Below, one piece after another: positions 57,157 through 57,670 of a stretch of 57,670 nucleotides of DNA. Position 1 is the stretch's first letter; the number at the start of each line of letters is the position of its first letter. A model generated the notes under the pieces. That model was not told where the DNA came from. It searched no databases and saw only the letters and a list, made by a program, of their open reading frames with translations. A program made the translations under genes and the position numbers. Origin of the DNA: a virus (lineage: Duplodnaviria; Caudoviricetes); IMG/VR virus record IMGVR_UViG_3300030330_001991, positions 1 to 57,670 of that record. One strand, given 5' to 3'.

Positions 57157-57195
57157 TGTAGCGTGAGAATCGAACTCACAAAAACCATTACTACA
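57157..57195 (-). ncRNA. Mini tRNA-like element (second copy)
   Basis: Minus strand TGTAGT-AATGGTTTTT-GTGAG-TTCGATT-CTCAC-GCTACA. Confidence 0.6.
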
Positions 57196-57262
57196 GTGTA
57201 CTCATTCGTATTATTTATAGTCGCTAAACAAGTGGAACTACGACTTTTGGTGCAAAGATTTA

Positions 57263-57499
57263 CTACTTAGTAGTAGATAAATCTCTGCAAAATGCTGGAA
57301 CTGCATTGCTATTTGTGTAACTTTTGTACTTAGCGAAACAATTCATTGACTCGAATCTTTCTTTATGAGTATTATATACTTCATCATGTGAATAAGTTAC
57401 TTTTTCTTGTTTTTTGTTAGTAAAAGTAATTACTGCATTTTTACCGATTAATGATTTTCTGATTACGAATCTTTTTGTAGTTAAATTTAATTTTGACAT
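57263..57499 (-). CDS. Hypothetical early protein
   Basis: 78-aa ORF after the last class I motif. Confidence 0.65.
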   Translation of the reverse strand: MSKLNLTTKRFVIRKSLIGKNAVITFTNKKQEKVTYSHDEVYNTHKERFESMNCFAKYKSYTNSNAVPAFCRDLSTTK

Positions 57500-57551
57500 A
57501 GTTAATTGATTTAAGTTAATATTTATTTTAATTATTTAGTTTGTTTACATT

Positions 57552-57586
57552 TATATTATCCATTGAGTGTCGTATTTACATTGTAA
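57552..57586 (-). promoter_or_regulatory. Class I phage promoter candidate
   Basis: Minus strand TTACAATGT-AAATACGA-N8-GGATAATATA. Confidence 0.75.
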
Positions 57587-57670
57587 AAGTATACTATTTG
57601 TTTATTGAATAAAATTAGTTAAATAGTATTCCGCACTTTCTCTCATTGCGCAATTATGAATATACTTCAA

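Noticed and set aside
56111-57195. Canonical tRNA genes
   Set aside because: Only about 40 nt each, with no anticodon arm or D stem. Reported as tRNA-like elements instead.
52294-57586. CRISPR array or DGR repeats from the recurring 35-bp motif
   Set aside because: Copies are hundreds to thousands of bases apart with a variable core, and no cas or reverse transcriptase gene is present.
1-57670. Stop-codon reassignment, introns or inteins
   Set aside because: Genes are long and tightly packed in the standard code, TAG and TGA terminate genes, and terminase, NrdJ and helicase are uninterrupted and of normal size.
1-57670. Prophage or integration module
   Set aside because: No integrase, repressor or host flanking genes are recognisable in the window.

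Overview
This window is most of an AT-rich tailed phage genome, very likely a podovirus-like phage of Bacteroidota/Flavobacteriia. That host call rests on A/T-rich leaders without Shine-Dalgarno sites, an Hc1-like protein, a T9SS-type C-terminal domain and a tiny CPAY lipoprotein. Two gene arms converge on a bidirectional terminator at about 40,335. The + arm (1-40,317) encodes a 5'-truncated terminase, portal, scaffold, major capsid, tail ring/stabilisation proteins, ejection-type proteins including a 3448-aa polyvalent protein, a host-envelope-like module, a tail fibre and an M15 endolysin. The - arm (40,355-57,670) encodes NrdJ, a resolvase, MazG-like enzymes, a dCMP-hydroxymethylase-like thymidylate synthase homologue, primase-helicase, SSB, a RecE-like nuclease/ERF pair, a sigma-70 factor, a ligase and many small early genes. 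I saw no DNA polymerase, RNA polymerase or integrase. The most interesting candidate system is the 3448-aa protein. It looks like a self-processing injected polyprotein: an HExxH protease, a recurring [KR][KR]Sx[ND](PS) motif at module borders, a sigma region-2-like module, a HAD module and CCCH fingers. It sits alongside two non-host promoter classes: seven copies of AAATACGA-N8-RGATAA in the early arm and three copies of GTAAA-N15-GTRAYWATA. Also notable are two anticodon-less mini-tRNA-like elements and a ~237-nt structured intergenic element. All protein family calls come from motifs recognised by eye, not from database searches.
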